From positions 51,336,001 through 51,400,000 of the forward strand of contig JAGIQG010000009.1 in the NCBI GenBank assembly GCA_024679065.1: a DNA stretch of 64,000 nt. The letters run 5' to 3'. The notes beneath the pieces were generated by a model, which saw nothing but the letters and a program-made list of their open reading frames with translations, ran no database searches and was not told where the DNA came from. Source of the DNA: Sphyrna mokarran (taxonomy: Eukaryota). Positions 1 through 13,533 of the stretch are shown piece after piece. The stretch's first letter is position 1. Each line of letters starts with the position of its first letter. The position numbers and the translations under genes were made by a program.

Positions 1-246
1 TCTCTCTCCACTCATATTGTCTGTACCTTTAAGACTTGATCACCTGTAAAGACTCACATTGCAACCATTATCTTGTAAATTTGTGTTTTTATGTGCCCTG
101 TTTGTGAACGCAAGTCCTCACACATCTGATGAAGGAGCTTGAGACTCCGAAAACTAATGTTGCCAAATAAACCTGTTGGGCTTTAACTTGTTGTGAGACT
201 TCTTACTGTGCTTACCCAAATCCAATGCGACCATCTCCAAATCATG
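1..246 (+). mobile_element. Penelope-like element 3' end (pLTR) fragment
   Basis: Reverse-complement match to 16504-16720, which adjoins a GIY-YIG-type C-terminal remnant; contains a CTGATGA..GAAA core; ends ...ttgtgagacttcttactgtg... Confidence 0.75.
123..159 (+). ncRNA. Minimal hammerhead ribozyme motif in PLE pLTR (probably partly decayed)
   Basis: CAT-CTGATGA-A-GGAG-(7 nt)-CTCC-GAAA-AC-TA-ATG: stem I CAT/ATG, stem II GGAG/CTCC, both catalytic boxes intact; the stem III palindrome AGCT seen in sibling copies reads AACT here. Confidence 0.6.
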
Positions 247-254
247 CATTCATC

Positions 255-490
255 CTTGCCTCTCATGATCTTAATCACCTCTAAGAGCACCCCTTAGTTT
301 CCCATGCACCAAAGAAAAAAGTCCTAACCTGTCCACACTCTCTCCCTATAACTAAATCCCTTGAATCCTGGCAACATCTTTGTAAATCTCTTCTGCACTC
401 TCTCCAGTTTAATAACATCTTCCTATAGCAAGGCAACCAAAACGGAACATGATACTCCAGGTGCAGCCTCACCAATGTCCCATACAACTT
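255..490 (-). mobile_element. CR1 LINE ORF2 3' fragment
   Basis: Translation LVRLHLEYHVPFWLPCYRK, equivalent to LVRPHLEYCVQFWSPHYKK of the CR1 at 21501-22283. Confidence 0.8.
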
Positions 491-589
491 AACTTCTCAA
501 CAAATTGTAACTGTGTGCAAAATCCAGAGGTCACAGATTCTACGTGCTTGACATTATCTTATCACTTACTAATGTTAATCTAGGCATGT

Positions 590-3500
590 TACTCAATGGA
601 TTGGTGGCTAAAGGAGAGCTACTCAAAGAAGCAGAAAGCAAGTGAAGAAACTGGACAACTTCAGTTAATCATTGCAGAGCAATTTTGGTGCGCTCACTGC
701 CCAACCAACTGATACAGTGGCAGGAAATAAGAAACATAGCTACGATGAAAGCCATTTAAGCACTGGAGATCAAGATATACTGTAGTGCAACACAGTGAAG
801 CACAGTGTGTTGTAGAACAAAATATTATTCAACAGTTCAAAAGGTACCAGCCAAACTCCAAAGACATTAGAAAACAAGTCATTCCAATAATAAAAATAAG
901 GACTTTTTTTTCAGATAAAAGCTTCATTTACTGATGTGCAGTTAAGTGCTCAATGGTAGGGCCTGTCAAGATAAATAATGAAAATGGAGCTAAGGTGTCC
1001 TAAAGAGCAAGTTACTGCATCGCATTTGGTGAAAACTGATAAAGCCTGCAGCAAAGACATTGTAACTTTAAAAAAATTGCACTGGGTGGGCCAGTATTTA
1101 TTGCCCAACTGCAATTGAGGGGGCAATTCCCCCCCTATTCCTCCCAAGAGAAACCACATTGCTGTGAATCTGAAGATCCATGTAGCCAGACCAGGTAAAG
1201 ATGGTAGATTCCTTTCCCTAAAGAGCATTGGAAAAACCCATCTGATTCATAATGCATTTGTGATCATTAGACCTTCAATTCCAAGGCCAGTACTCTCCGA
1301 CCTCATCCATGGCTGAATTCTTCAGTCCTAGTAATGTGAATGAAGATTTGGTTGAGAGCCATGTTCTCTGTTTCGGGTGGCAGCAATGATGAGATGTATG
1401 ACATCGGAGAATTCCAGCCCAGATTTCACCATCTGTCATGGTGAGATTGCCAGAGCATTACTCGGTCTCTAGATTAGTAGTCCAGTGAAAATACCACTAC
1501 ACTGTGCATGCTAGATGAGCCTATTGGTAGAAAGATTGAGGCACTAGCTACAGTTCTCCAACAATGCTGTTATTTGCTATATTCATAATCTTGCTGATGA
1601 CATCATGGATCAGCTTGTTTCTTGTCTTAAATGTTGTGAAGAATATTCAGTGCAGCTAAATGAGTCTGCAGACTTGTCGCAATATTGCTTCTTTGTGTTA
1701 CTTCGATTGCTATATCTTTGGGGACATTACTGAGGAGGTCTTGCTGTTACCTGAATCTCTGCAGAACAACACCACTGGCAAAAAGATATTCAACTACATC
1801 AACAACTTCATGGAATTAGTTGGGAGAAGTGCGTTGACATGTGCACTGACGGTGCCAGGACAATGGTCAGGTGTTGCAGCATGGATAAAAGCTGTGGCAC
1901 CACACAGCCCACGCAGTCACTCTGTCCTCCTTTGACATGAACTCATTGTTAAGAAGATGTTGGTGCTCTAAAAATGTGCTGGATGGAGCAGTGCAAGTTA
2001 TCAACAGCATTGAACATGTCCATTGAAATCAAGACTGTTCAAAATTCTCTGCGAAAAAATGGACAGTAAGCACAAAGTGCTGCTTTTTTTAATTCATTGG
2101 TGGAATATCTGTTAGACCAGCACGTATTGTCCATCACTAATTGCCTGAAGGAGATGGTGAGCTGCCTTCCTGAACTACTGCAGTCACCAAGATGAGGTAC
2201 ACGCACAGTGCTGTTAGGGAGAGAGTTCCAGAATTCTAACTCAGTAGCAATGAAGGTACACCGATATGTTTCCAATCGGAATGATGAGTGACTTGGAAGG
2301 GAGCCTCCAGATGGTGGCGTTCCCACTTATCCACTGCTCCTCGATAATCCTAGTTAGTCGCAGTTGTGGATTTGGAAGGTGCTGCCAAAAGAACCTTGGT
2401 GAATTCCTGCAGTTCACCTTGTAACTGGTACACACAGTTGCCATTGTTCGTTGGTGGTGAAGGGATTGAATGCTCATAGAAGGGGTAGCAATCAAGCAGA
2501 CTTTTGTCCTGGATGGTATCAAGCTTCAAGTTTTGTTGAAGCTGCACTCACACAGACAAATGGAAAGTATTTCATTGTGCTCCTAACTTGAGCTTTGCAG
2601 ATGGCAAGCATGCTCTGGGAAGTCAGGATATGGTTTACTTACTGCAGGATTCGTAGCTTTCGACCTGCTCTTGTAGCCCCTGTATTTATGACTAAGCAGT
2701 TCAATTTCTGGTAATTAAAACCCCAGGATGTTGATAATGGAGGATTCACCAATAGTAATGCCATCGAATATCAAGGGGCAATAGTTAGATCCTCTCTTGT
2801 TGAAGATAGTCATTGCTTGGTACTTGTGTGGCATAAATGTCAGCCCAAGCCTAGATATTGTCCAGGCCTTGCTGCATTTGGACATAAACTGCTTCAGTTT
2901 CTGAAGAGTCACGAATAATATCAAACATTCAGTGAACATACTTTCTGACCTTATGATGAAGCAGCTTAAGATGGCCTTGGACACTATCCCAAGGAGCACC
3001 TGCAGTAATATCCTGGAGCTGGAATGACTGACCGCCAATCACAACTATTTTCCTTTGTGCCAGATATGACTCCAATCAGCAGAATCCAAATTCCCATTGA
3101 CTCATTTTGCTGGGACTCCTTGATGCCATACTCAGTCAAATGCTGCTGTGATTTCAAGGCAGTTCCTCTTACTTCACCTCTGGCATTCAGACCTTTTGTC
3201 CACAAGGTGGCTGTGGTGAGGCAAAGTTCTTGTGAGACTTTTGAGATTTGTCATGAAGCTTTAGTGTTTTGCACAGATCAGATCAATTTTTGGAGTTGTT
3301 GACAAATACTTCATGGCTTTTGTGACTTATATATCTTACAGATATTTTACAAGGCTAAAATGGTGTGAACCTGCCACTACAACGCAAGGATATTACCATC
3401 TTCACTGTTGTTTACGAAATTGTGCTTCTGGGATTGATGCTTAGAAAATAAGACCTTCAACTGGTTTCCCACACTGATGAACTTTCTCACTGAAATTAAT

Positions 3501-3930
3501 TCTGCCCCGACAAGAACATTTTCAGTGACATTACAGCACCTATGTGACTTGCACTCTTCTTTTTTGGAACTCTTCCCTCTGCCAGATGAACACAATATGT
3601 AGATTCACAACCCATGTGCATCAATAGTCAGGCCAGATGACTTATCAGTGCACAGTTATGACAGCCTGATTGACAGAACTTCTGAATCCATATTAAAGCA
3701 AAGCATCAGTGCATTGCTATTGATTACTTTTTGGAGCAGTTTAATGCACAAGTATCCTAATATGGCAAAAGAGAGAAGTTCATGAGCTCCTTCCTTTTGC
3801 TCAACATATTTGTGTTAACATGATTTCTCCAATACATTGCTATAAAAGCAATGAAATGAGAATCCAGCTCTCCAATATCACCTGACATCAAGCAGATGTG
3901 TGCTCAAAGGCAGCAACATCACTCCTCATA
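590..3930 (+). mobile_element. Decayed hAT (Buster/Charlie-like) transposase, interrupted by retroelement fragments at ~1055-1500 and ~2090-3215
   Basis: Collinear frameshifted motifs: VPAKLQRH (~843), LIKPAAKDIV (~976), IHNLADDIMDQLVSCLKCCEEYSVQL.ESADL (~1580-1677), ITEEVLLL..LQNNTTGKKIFNYINNF, LLPFA.TYLC (~3787). Confidence 0.7.
2090..3215 (-). mobile_element. 5'-truncated CR1/Jockey-group LINE fragment (RT and 3' end)
   Basis: Decayed RT motifs TAL.I.AAFD.VWHQG (~3120-3165) and FWNSLPNSTV near the 3' end. Confidence 0.7.
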
Positions 3931-4711
3931 CTGAAGATGCCAGGAAAGCCATCTTCACTTTTGTCAAGCAAAATAACATTTCATTGGTAATATATGCATA
4001 GATATAGCTAGAAAAGACTTATTTATGTTTGATTTCTGTATTCGCACTTATTTCAGGGCGAAAGAAAGGGTGTTGACATTACAAGAATGTTTGGAATTCT
4101 AGATGCATTGAGGAGGATTTCACAACTGAAAAAGTTTGCAAATGTTGCTCCAGTGTGCAAAAATATCATTGTAAATTGAATGCTCACTACCTAATCCCTG
4201 GTGTGTGTCTTTTCCTAAAATCAAAACCAAGAACATAGAAGTCTTAGAGGTACAATCGTGTGAAAGTCAAACGCCCAACCTCATTAAAACTTGGTAGTTT
4301 AAGCACTGATTTCAGGCACCTGCATACTTTTGAGATTGATAGGAGCCATGCAGTAAGTCCCAGTTCAAATGAAAACAATATTTAATTTGATGAAATGTTC
4401 ACATGCACCAGACAGGTTTGCATTCCATCTACACAATGCAATTCAAACTATGGCTGCCTTTAAATTATTCTCTTTATACAACAATACAAGTTTTTCCAAA
4501 GATATTTAACATCCAGTTTTGAGATTTAAAGCCAATAGTTGCTCAGATTTTAAAACTAAATTGTGGAATCATAGCATGGTGGAGCATAGAGAGGTCATTC
4601 AGTCTATTTGTCGTACCAGCTCTTTGGTAGAGCTACTCAATTAATGCCATTCACTTGCTCTTTCCCCATAGCCCTGTAATATTTTCTCCCTTTCAAATGT
4701 TTATAAAATCT

Positions 4712-5003
4712 GTACAATGCAGAAAGAGGCCATTTGGCCCATCAAGGCTGCAACAACAACAATTCCACCCCATAATTAGCATTTACTCTGCTAATCCCTC
4801 TAACCTACACATCCCGAGTCAATAAAGGATAATTTAGCATGGCCAATCAACCTAATGCACACATCTTTGGACTGTGTAAGAAACCAGAGCATCCAGAGGA
4901 AACCCCTGCAGGCACAGGGAGAATGTACAAACTCCACATGGACAGTGGCCACGCTGGGAATCAAACCCAGGTCCCTGGAGCTGAGATAGCTGTGCCATCA
5001 TGC
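4712..5003 (-). mobile_element. HE1-type V-SINE
   Basis: Characteristic gcatggccaatcaacctaa..cacatctttggactgtg..aaaccagagca..cagaggaaacc block plus CR1-like tail gaggccatttggcccatc. Confidence 0.85.
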
Positions 5004-5547
5004 TGCCTACTAAAAGTTTTGAAAGTTGCTACTGAATCTGTTTCAGGCAGTCCATTCAGATCACAATAAATTACAGTGTGCAAAATGTTTCCTCATGATG
5101 CCTCTGGCTCACTCACCAATTATATGAAATCTGTGTCCTCTGGTTACCAACCCATCTACCACTGGAAATTGTTTTTTTTTAATTAATTAAGGAAAAACTA
5201 AGTACATTGTAATGCTATTTTACTATGAACATGCTTTGAATTAGTGCTTTAAACGTCCAGGTAATTGGGATGCACTCCAGCCAGAAATTCTCATTTAATG
5301 AATTATTACTGCACAATATCAGTATGTATGAAGCAAATGATAAATGAAAAATGGATGGTAGGAGATCCATCATCTCATGTTCACACATGTCACCACAGTA
5401 GGTGGCCAGGTCTTTACTTTTACATCTTATTCAACCTGGATTGTGCATTCCTTTGAGCTGGGCTTGATCCTACATGCTTGTGGAGGCAAGAATGATACCA
5501 CCAGGCTAAGCTGACATTGATACTTAATTCACATTGTTATTAAAAAA

Positions 5548-5850
5548 AGCTTGCATTTATATAGAACCTCATCATACCCTCAAAGAAACACAAAGCATTT
5601 CATACCCAAATAATTGCTTAGATCTTACACCAAATGAGATGAATGACCAATTAAAATTTTTTTTAGGTCATATTGGATGAGGGAGATATATTGGCCATAT
5701 TATCGGATCAACTTGATGTGCTTTTTCAAAAATGCTATGGTGTCTTCCACTGGGCAGGCACAAAGAGCCCATGGTTTAATATATCATCTAAAAATAATGT
5801 CTGACAATATAACATTCCTGCAGTACTACAGTGGAGAGTAGGCCTGCTTT
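5548..5850 (-). mobile_element. Deu-domain SINE (SacSINE/AmnSINE-like), decayed
   Basis: ttgcatttatatag tail and ggtttaa..tatcatctaaaa..ctgacaat..cagtactacagtggaga block resembling the Deu domain. Confidence 0.55.
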
Positions 5851-7384
5851 ACATTGGAAGGAAAACTGCAAGTAAAAATGGAGGGAGAAATTCAGGACAA
5901 ACAGAATTAAAATTTTTTAAATTTCAATTAGAACTCTGCAAGGAGTGCTTGTTTTACTAGTTTTGGACAAATACACTAATAAAAATATAACCGCTATATT
6001 GGAGTTACCTTATTATTGACATGTTAGTTTCCATATATCTGAAAAACTTACAGAAGAGTTAGGAATTTCCTTGAACTGTTGGGTTGTCTATTTTACAACT
6101 CACTTTCTTTTTTCTGCATTCTACATTAATTGTTTACCTTAAAAATTATAGCTAGATTGCAATAAAACTGGTATTTGCACCTTTAAATTAAAGATTTGAA
6201 GTCTACAGAATATATGAAAGTTAAAAGATACCACTTGAAGAATCAAACAGAAAGTCCTGGGGGCCAGGTCATGCATTTCTGTCCTGGATATACAGAGCTG
6301 TTGTACGAGGAAACTATTTTAAATCTTGACACTTATAGCAATTTACTTTCAGATTCAATAATTGTGTTAACACAAGTTGGTTGCTTCAGATCCAAAACCA
6401 GATAGACGTGATTCAGAGAAAAAGCCAAACTAAAATTTAAAATTTTATGTTTAGATTCTTAAATGATTGGTCTTACTAATTTTCACATTCTTCAAGTCAC
6501 TACAAACGTGCAACAGGTTAAGACTAAGCCAGGCAAAGATTGATATGAATGGGTTAGTTGCTTCATTTCACAGGAAGACGAACATAAAGAACAATTAAGA
6601 TCAGATTCACTTAGCGCAATCAGTACAACTTATTTTTATTTTTAAGGTATTTTATTGAAGAAATGCATCTGCAGCCCAAAGGTGTTCTGATTTACATTGA
6701 AAAGTTCATATGTAGATCAACCAACCAAGCTAGAAATATGGCCTCTGTTAGATAAGCTAGAAAAATGGAAATATTGCAACCATTGCAAATGGAAATATAG
6801 TAACAAAAATGGACAGTCAAATGCAGTAGATAAAGTAACAGATAAGTAGTTGACAGGATGTTAAAAGATAAATTAAAATCACAAACTAATATACCATACC
6901 TCACATAACCGGCACTGAAGTAAGCATAAATTTCACAATTTAAAGTATTAAATTGAGGACGCAAACACATAAGGAACAGAGTAACACCTCCAGTCTACAT
7001 TTTAGAAGGTTGAATTTAGTTGAACTTCTGAGGTGTCTTGATTATGTTGGGGCATGATGCTGCCAACTGGTTCTGGAATTGGATAGATTGCATGAGGGAT
7101 TTTCTGAACTTAATATAAATATAAAGTAATTTTTCTTGTTTGTAGAATTTCAAACTTTGTAACATGAAAGGTGCTGTCACACAAATGGTATTGAGGACCC
7201 AAGATCAACCTTAGGACACATTCTGTATTGGTTCAATCCAGATACTTCGCACACGTGAGGCCAGGGTGCCACATCAGTGCAACATATTCAACCCCAAGGC
7301 ACTGTTTTTTCTTATCTCTTCATGATACAAAATAACAACAAACTATACATATTCACACCAGTGGATTAGCTTACTTCATAGCAT

Positions 7385-7560
7385 CCCTAGTGCAGAAAGA
7401 GGCCTTTTGGCCCAAAAAGCCTGCACTGAAACAGTCCCATCCAGGCCCTATCCCCACAATCTCACGTATTTATCCTGCTAATCTCCCTGACACTAAGGGG
7501 CAATTAAACATGGCTAATCAACCTAACCCACATATCTCTGGACTGTAGGAGGAAACCCAT
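7385..7560 (-). mobile_element. HE1-type V-SINE, 3' part
   Basis: Similarity to 4712-4890. Confidence 0.8.
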
Positions 7561-8284
7561 TGATTTGATCAAGGGGCTTTAACAATCCTCTAGCAATCAT
7601 AAATTCTTTCCCTCAGTAAAATCCTTCACCATGTTAACTTTAACAAATCCACAACTATTACAGCCTTCCCACCTCAAAAAACTCAGACCTGTGTCCCATT
7701 GTCTAATGTATATTCCTATTCATGATTTTCAATGAAGTGCACAAGCCAATGAATTATCTATTATTTAATTCCTAGGGAAAATAATGACTTCTTGGCATAT
7801 TAATCAAGGTGGCCATTTAAAAAATCTTGTGCAAAAAAACTCAGAATTCATTTTCAAAATCATTTCTGTGGAACATTAGTTGAAGAATCTTGAACTATGA
7901 CAGTCATGAACACTTACATTAGGAATACATCAGCAAGATGTAGTCTAGACTAGTAACCAAACCAGTAATCAGCAGAAGTGAGCAGCCTAGCATTAAGGAA
8001 AGCATATTTTGCCATAAATAATGTTAATAGCAAACATGATATATACTGATCAGCTACGCAAGGTTTTGGAATTTAACAGAACTCTACAACCTAAATTACA
8101 ATATTAGGTACCCCATGATCTCTCACAACATATCTCCATTTTAAAATCAAAAGAGCCAAGATTAAGAAGACTAGCAACATTCAAAACAACGCATTTCATG
8201 AGTCTCTACCTTAAGAAGGTTATCAGACTGCTAGGGTAGGATTTTACAGCCCGATTCCGTGGCGGGCGAGGTGGTATTTCCGAC

Positions 8285-8845
8285 TTTAATCTGACATCTA
8301 GTCCTGGCTGAACAGAAATTTCCTCCAATTAAACAATGGTAAGACTGAAACCATTGTCTTTGAAACCCGCTCATTTTCATTTCCTAGTTACCAATTCCAT
8401 TCCTCGCCCTGGTAACTGTCTGAGATTAAGCCAGTCTATTTGCAATCTTGGTGTTGTAATTAACCCTCAGATGTGTTTCTACCCTCACATTTGCTCCATT
8501 ACTAAGATATATTTGCACCTCCATAACTTCACCTGACTTCACTCCTGTTTCAGCTCATCTCGCTGAAACCCTCATTACCTCTAGACTTAGCTATTCCAAG
8601 GCATTCTTGGCTAGACTCCCACATTCTACCCTTTATAAACCTGAGGTCATCCAAACTCTGCTGCTTGAATCTGAACTTGCAGAAATTTCTATCCTCTTTT
8701 CACCCCTGCTTACGAGCCTACACTGGATCCTGGTCAAGCAACATTTTGATTTTAAAATTCTAATCCTGATTTTCAAATACCTCTTCATCTTGTCCTTCCC
8801 CATCTCTCTAGTTCTCCCCCAATCCTACAACCCTCTAAGATCTCA
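8285..8845 (+). mobile_element. L2 LINE ORF2 C-terminal fragment
   Basis: NLGVVINP..F.PHICSITK..LHLHN, SRLSYS, SLHWILVKQHFDFKILILIFK motifs typical of L2. Confidence 0.7.
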
Positions 8846-8989
8846 CATGATCACAAGAATTAGGAGGAGTAGGTCATTCAGCCCTCAAGCTTGCTCAGCC
8901 ATTCAATAAGTTCATGGCTGATGCAGTTGTGGCCTCAACCCCACCTTTCTGTCCATAATCCTTATCCTCTTGTCAATCAAAACACAGTT

Positions 8990-9930
8990 CGACACATAAA
9001 TGTGAGATGATACATTCTGGTAGAAAAAATAAGAAGGTCACTTATTACTTAGAAGGTGCGGGTCTAGGTATAGTAAAGGAAGAAATAGATCTTTGGAGTA
9101 TAAATACATCAATCACTAAAAGCTGATCACAGATCAGGGAGGACATAAAAGTGCAGACTAAACATTAAGCTTTATTTCTAGAAGAATAGAATTGAAAAGT
9201 AGGTAACAAATACTAAACCTGTATTGAACCTTAGTTACACCAAACGTAGTACTGGTCACAGTATTATGAAAATAAGTAGAGGCACTGAAGAGGGTATAGA
9301 GGAGAATTACAAAGATGACAGTAGAAATGTGTATGTGCAGTTGACAGATTAGGTCTCTCCTCTCTTGAAAATAGAAAACTGAAAGGTGACTTCATAGAAA
9401 GTCTTTAAAAATATGAAAGGTTTTAAAAGGTATCAATGCTTCTTTATGTGGAGAATTGCATAATAAGAGGACATCAATACAAGGTTATCAAAAGGATTCA
9501 TTAGAAAATCTAGAAGAAATTATTTTCACCCAAAGACTTGTCAGAACGTGGAACTCGTTTCAACCACTCACTGTGGTAGTGAATATTTTAGATGCATTAA
9601 CTAAATAAAAGCATATGAGAAGGGAAGATGGTTACAATGGAAGATTTAGAAGAGAAACAATCAGAGAAAACTGAGTGAAGCATAGATATCACCATAGACT
9701 GGGATTATACCAATTGGTCTCTTTCTGTTCCATTTATCTTACATAATAACATGAAGAACCTTTATGAAATACTGGTTTGGCTTCAAGTGGAGCAGTGTGT
9801 CCAATTCTAGGCACTGCCATTTAGGAAGGGAAAGCAGTGAAAGCCTTAGAGAAGACAGGGAAAAATGATTTGCCAAAATGGTTCCGTGAACACAGGACTT
9901 CAGTTATGTAGATAGAATGGAGAAGCTGGC
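8990..9930 (+). mobile_element. Decayed CR1 LINE 3' fragments
   Basis: Decayed KCEM.H.GRKN, IELKS..LNLY.TLV, SLE.RKLKGD motifs collinear with CR1 ORF2. Confidence 0.7.
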
Positions 9931-10069
9931 ATAAAAGCAAAATAATGCAAATGTTGGAGATTTGAAATAAAAACAAAATGTTGGAAAAACTCAACAGGTC
10001 TGACAGCATATACGGAGGGATTAAGACAGTTCATGTTTCAAGTCCAAAATGACATACATTTGAAACTGA

Positions 10070-11290
10070 GATCAAGCGGTGCAACTGGGTCCAATGATGG
10101 AAGTAGGTCAATGACCTCCTCTGCAGTACCAAGGTGAGTCTGAGAGAATGATAAGCATACCGCAACTGACTGTCAAGTGGACAACATGAGATGGGTCTCA
10201 GCATGTGGAAGGATTGACTAGGTAAACAAAGGAACAGCAAGTCCCAGCCAGTTATCTCAGAAGGAATAACTGCCTGTTATTGACAGGCATTTACCTCTTG
10301 ATACCAGTGTCTTCATGAGCGAATGAGCAAAGATGTCAGAGAGCTCCTATCATGGGCTTAAAGACTGCCATGTGATGAGGAGCCTAGTTGATCATGGGCA
10401 GGAGATCTACTCTCCCCTTCTGCCTCCAGAAGAAAATACACCACAACACCAAGGAATGGATGGGGGGTGAGCCAGACATATCTATCAGCCTAGCCAAGAT
10501 GGAGTTGATGGAGAGGTCGGAGTGATGGGCAACGAGAGTGAAGTGGAATAGAGTTTTACTTCCTTTCTGCTCAGAGTTGAAATATGTGACACACGGATGG
10601 CAGGAGGGACTGGTAAGACTAAAGAGCTAGTTGGTTTTCCATGTATGCTTTTATACTCCAGATGGACAGGTTGTTCATCTTGATAGAGACCCTGTAGTCC
10701 ACCTCTTGAGGAGTAGGACCTCAAAGTTTTAGAGAATGTGTTGACATATTTTTCCTCAGTAGCCATAAGCAGAAGATACATTCAACTCATTGAGTTTGTG
10801 TTCACAAATCAGTTCAGGGTCACAAGTTGGTGAGCATCTCAATGACACACAGGAGCAGCTGACAGAGGCTGTGACAGAGGACTCAGGCCATGCTGAGGCC
10901 CTTGATGATGACAAGCCTCTGGTGTCAGCCACACTAAATCTACTGGGTTATAGCATAAAAAAGGGGAACAGCTCAGGGAGTTCCAAGAGGCTATTGTGCA
11001 GTAACATGTGGACCATAAAGACGTCCATACAGGACATGTGTTCTGCCGCGTCTCAGGCATGCAACTGTATGGCTTCCTCCACCATGAGGTTGACAACTGT
11101 CAGAGAGAACCAGATTCAGCAGATCATTCAGCACTTGTCCGACATGTGCATAGATTTGCGCAAGCACTAAAACGCAGTGGCTAGATGGAGGGAGAGGGGT
11201 GCAGAGGAATGCCTGGCATCCCCTCCATTTTTCCTTCTATCTCCAGTAGACGGGGAGCACTATTGCGCACTGAGAGGTAGCAGTGAATGA
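10070..11290 (+). mobile_element. Possible PIF/Harbinger Myb/SANT-ORF remnant
   Basis: 10090-10122 reads WVQ*WK*VNDLL (cf. Myb/SANT-like W.QCRKKVNDL); downstream decayed ORF 10790-11170; tentative. Confidence 0.35.
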
Positions 11291-11464
11291 AAGAAAAATG
11301 GTGATAAGCTTTACCTTATCTTCTTTCTTCTCATTTCAACAGTTAAATAATGATTGTGCTACTACCAAAGTTAAGTAAATCTGGGCCTGCATCACCCTCT
11401 TCACTAAATCCACAGAGGAAGCACAGAAGTATTTAGTACTTATTCCATTCATATAAAAAGAGTT

Positions 11465-11650
11465 ACCTTTATATAGTACTTTTCACAATCACAGTATGCC
11501 CCAAGGTGCTTTATATTTAAAAAAGTATTTTAAAGGGTAGTCACTGTTGTAATGTAGGAAACGCAGGAGCCAATTTGTGCACAGTAAGCTCTTATATGGG
11601 ATAATATGTTTTTGTGACATTGAGGAGCAAAAATATTGGTCAGGACGCCT
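11465..11650 (-). mobile_element. Deu-type SINE 3' part
   Basis: tttatatag..ttttcacaa..ccccaaggtgcttta..gtagtcactgttgtaatgtaggaaacgc..gccaatttgtgcacag..aagctc tail block. Confidence 0.55.
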
Positions 11651-12647
11651 ACCAACCAGAATTGGCACGTTCAGCTGCTCACTGAACCTCTCAGAAAATT
11701 AGGGTTCATTGAATTTTTTTGCAAACAATATTTTGCAGGCACAGCTGCTCAAAACCTAGCTGTGTATTAAGTTTCAGAGCTTTCCAAGGGCTTCAAGGCT
11801 GCAGTAGAATTTCAGAGATTTTCAAGTCTAGACTCTTATTTGCATCCCTGCTCTCAAGTATACTTTGATACATTCTTTTTTTAAAGAAATACCAGCGTGT
11901 CGCCTAATCTAAAACGCTGCAGTGACTTTTTGCTCATTGCAACACAGACATTCACCTCTTGAGCAACAAGTGTGTACTACAGCACACGACCTGCCCCTTT
12001 CCTACTGGCTACCATGACAACTAGGCCTGCAAGATACCAGGCAGCCTGTGAAGAGGAACCGCGAGATGTTTGAAAATATCTGAGGACGATGCAGAAAAAC
12101 CACCGAAAGCAGTTTAAAAATCCTGGGCAGTAAGCCTATATGCCTGGCATATTCGCCTGTATCTTATTACCAAGAAGAAAATGTCAGAGGCCAAACTATC
12201 AGAAGGGCAAGAAAGTCAATGAGCTGCAGCAAAGAGCGTGTAACTTTAAAATACATCAAACCAATTAATAAAAATAACTGGGAAAGTAATTCACCATGCA
12301 AACTTCCCTGAATAGGCAGAAAAAAAAGAACATTTTCAGTGTCGAAATGAAGCCATCAGATTAATTTTAAATTTAATTTAATACTGAAGCTGCAACAGAA
12401 TCCATGGGAAAAAAGCATTTTGAAAGCATTTGTTTAAATATAAAAGTATTTTATCCAATCTCTAATATAAATATATATACACAATATATATGTCAACAGA
12501 ATTTCTACCATGCATGGAAGAAGAAAGTTAAACACTTTCTCTGAAAGATTTCAAAGCACAGATTAGAGGGGCTGAATGGCCTATTTGAGTGCTGCGTGTA
12601 TTTCCTGTGGTGATCGCCCTCTCTCCTGTACAGTAACTAATTGATTA

Positions 12648-13200
<553 letters not shown>

Positions 13201-13254
13201 CAAGGTCATTCAGCAGCTGCTCTGCAGCTTTTTTTCATTCCGTCAGATTACTGT

Positions 13255-13533
13255 ACAAGGGTTCTCACAGATACCCTCTGCAGCCTCTCCCAAATGGGCG
13301 TGTTCACTTTGAGGAATTCACACAGATATCCTGTGCAAGTCTCTCCCAAGAGGGCATGTTCACTTTGAGGAATTCACACAGTTACCCTCCACAGCCTCTC
13401 CCAAGTGGGCATGACCACTGTGAAGGGCTCATACAAATATGATCCGCAGCCTCTTTGAAGTGGGTGTGTTCACTTTGAGGAGTTCACACAGATACCCTCC
13501 TTGCAGCCTTTCCCAATTTGAGTGGGCATATTC
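13255..13533. repeat. 55-bp minisatellite, about 5 copies
   Basis: Unit cacagataccctctgcagcctctcccaa.tgggc.tgttcactttgaggaattca; register positions 13271, 13326, 13382, 13437, 13492. Confidence 0.9.
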
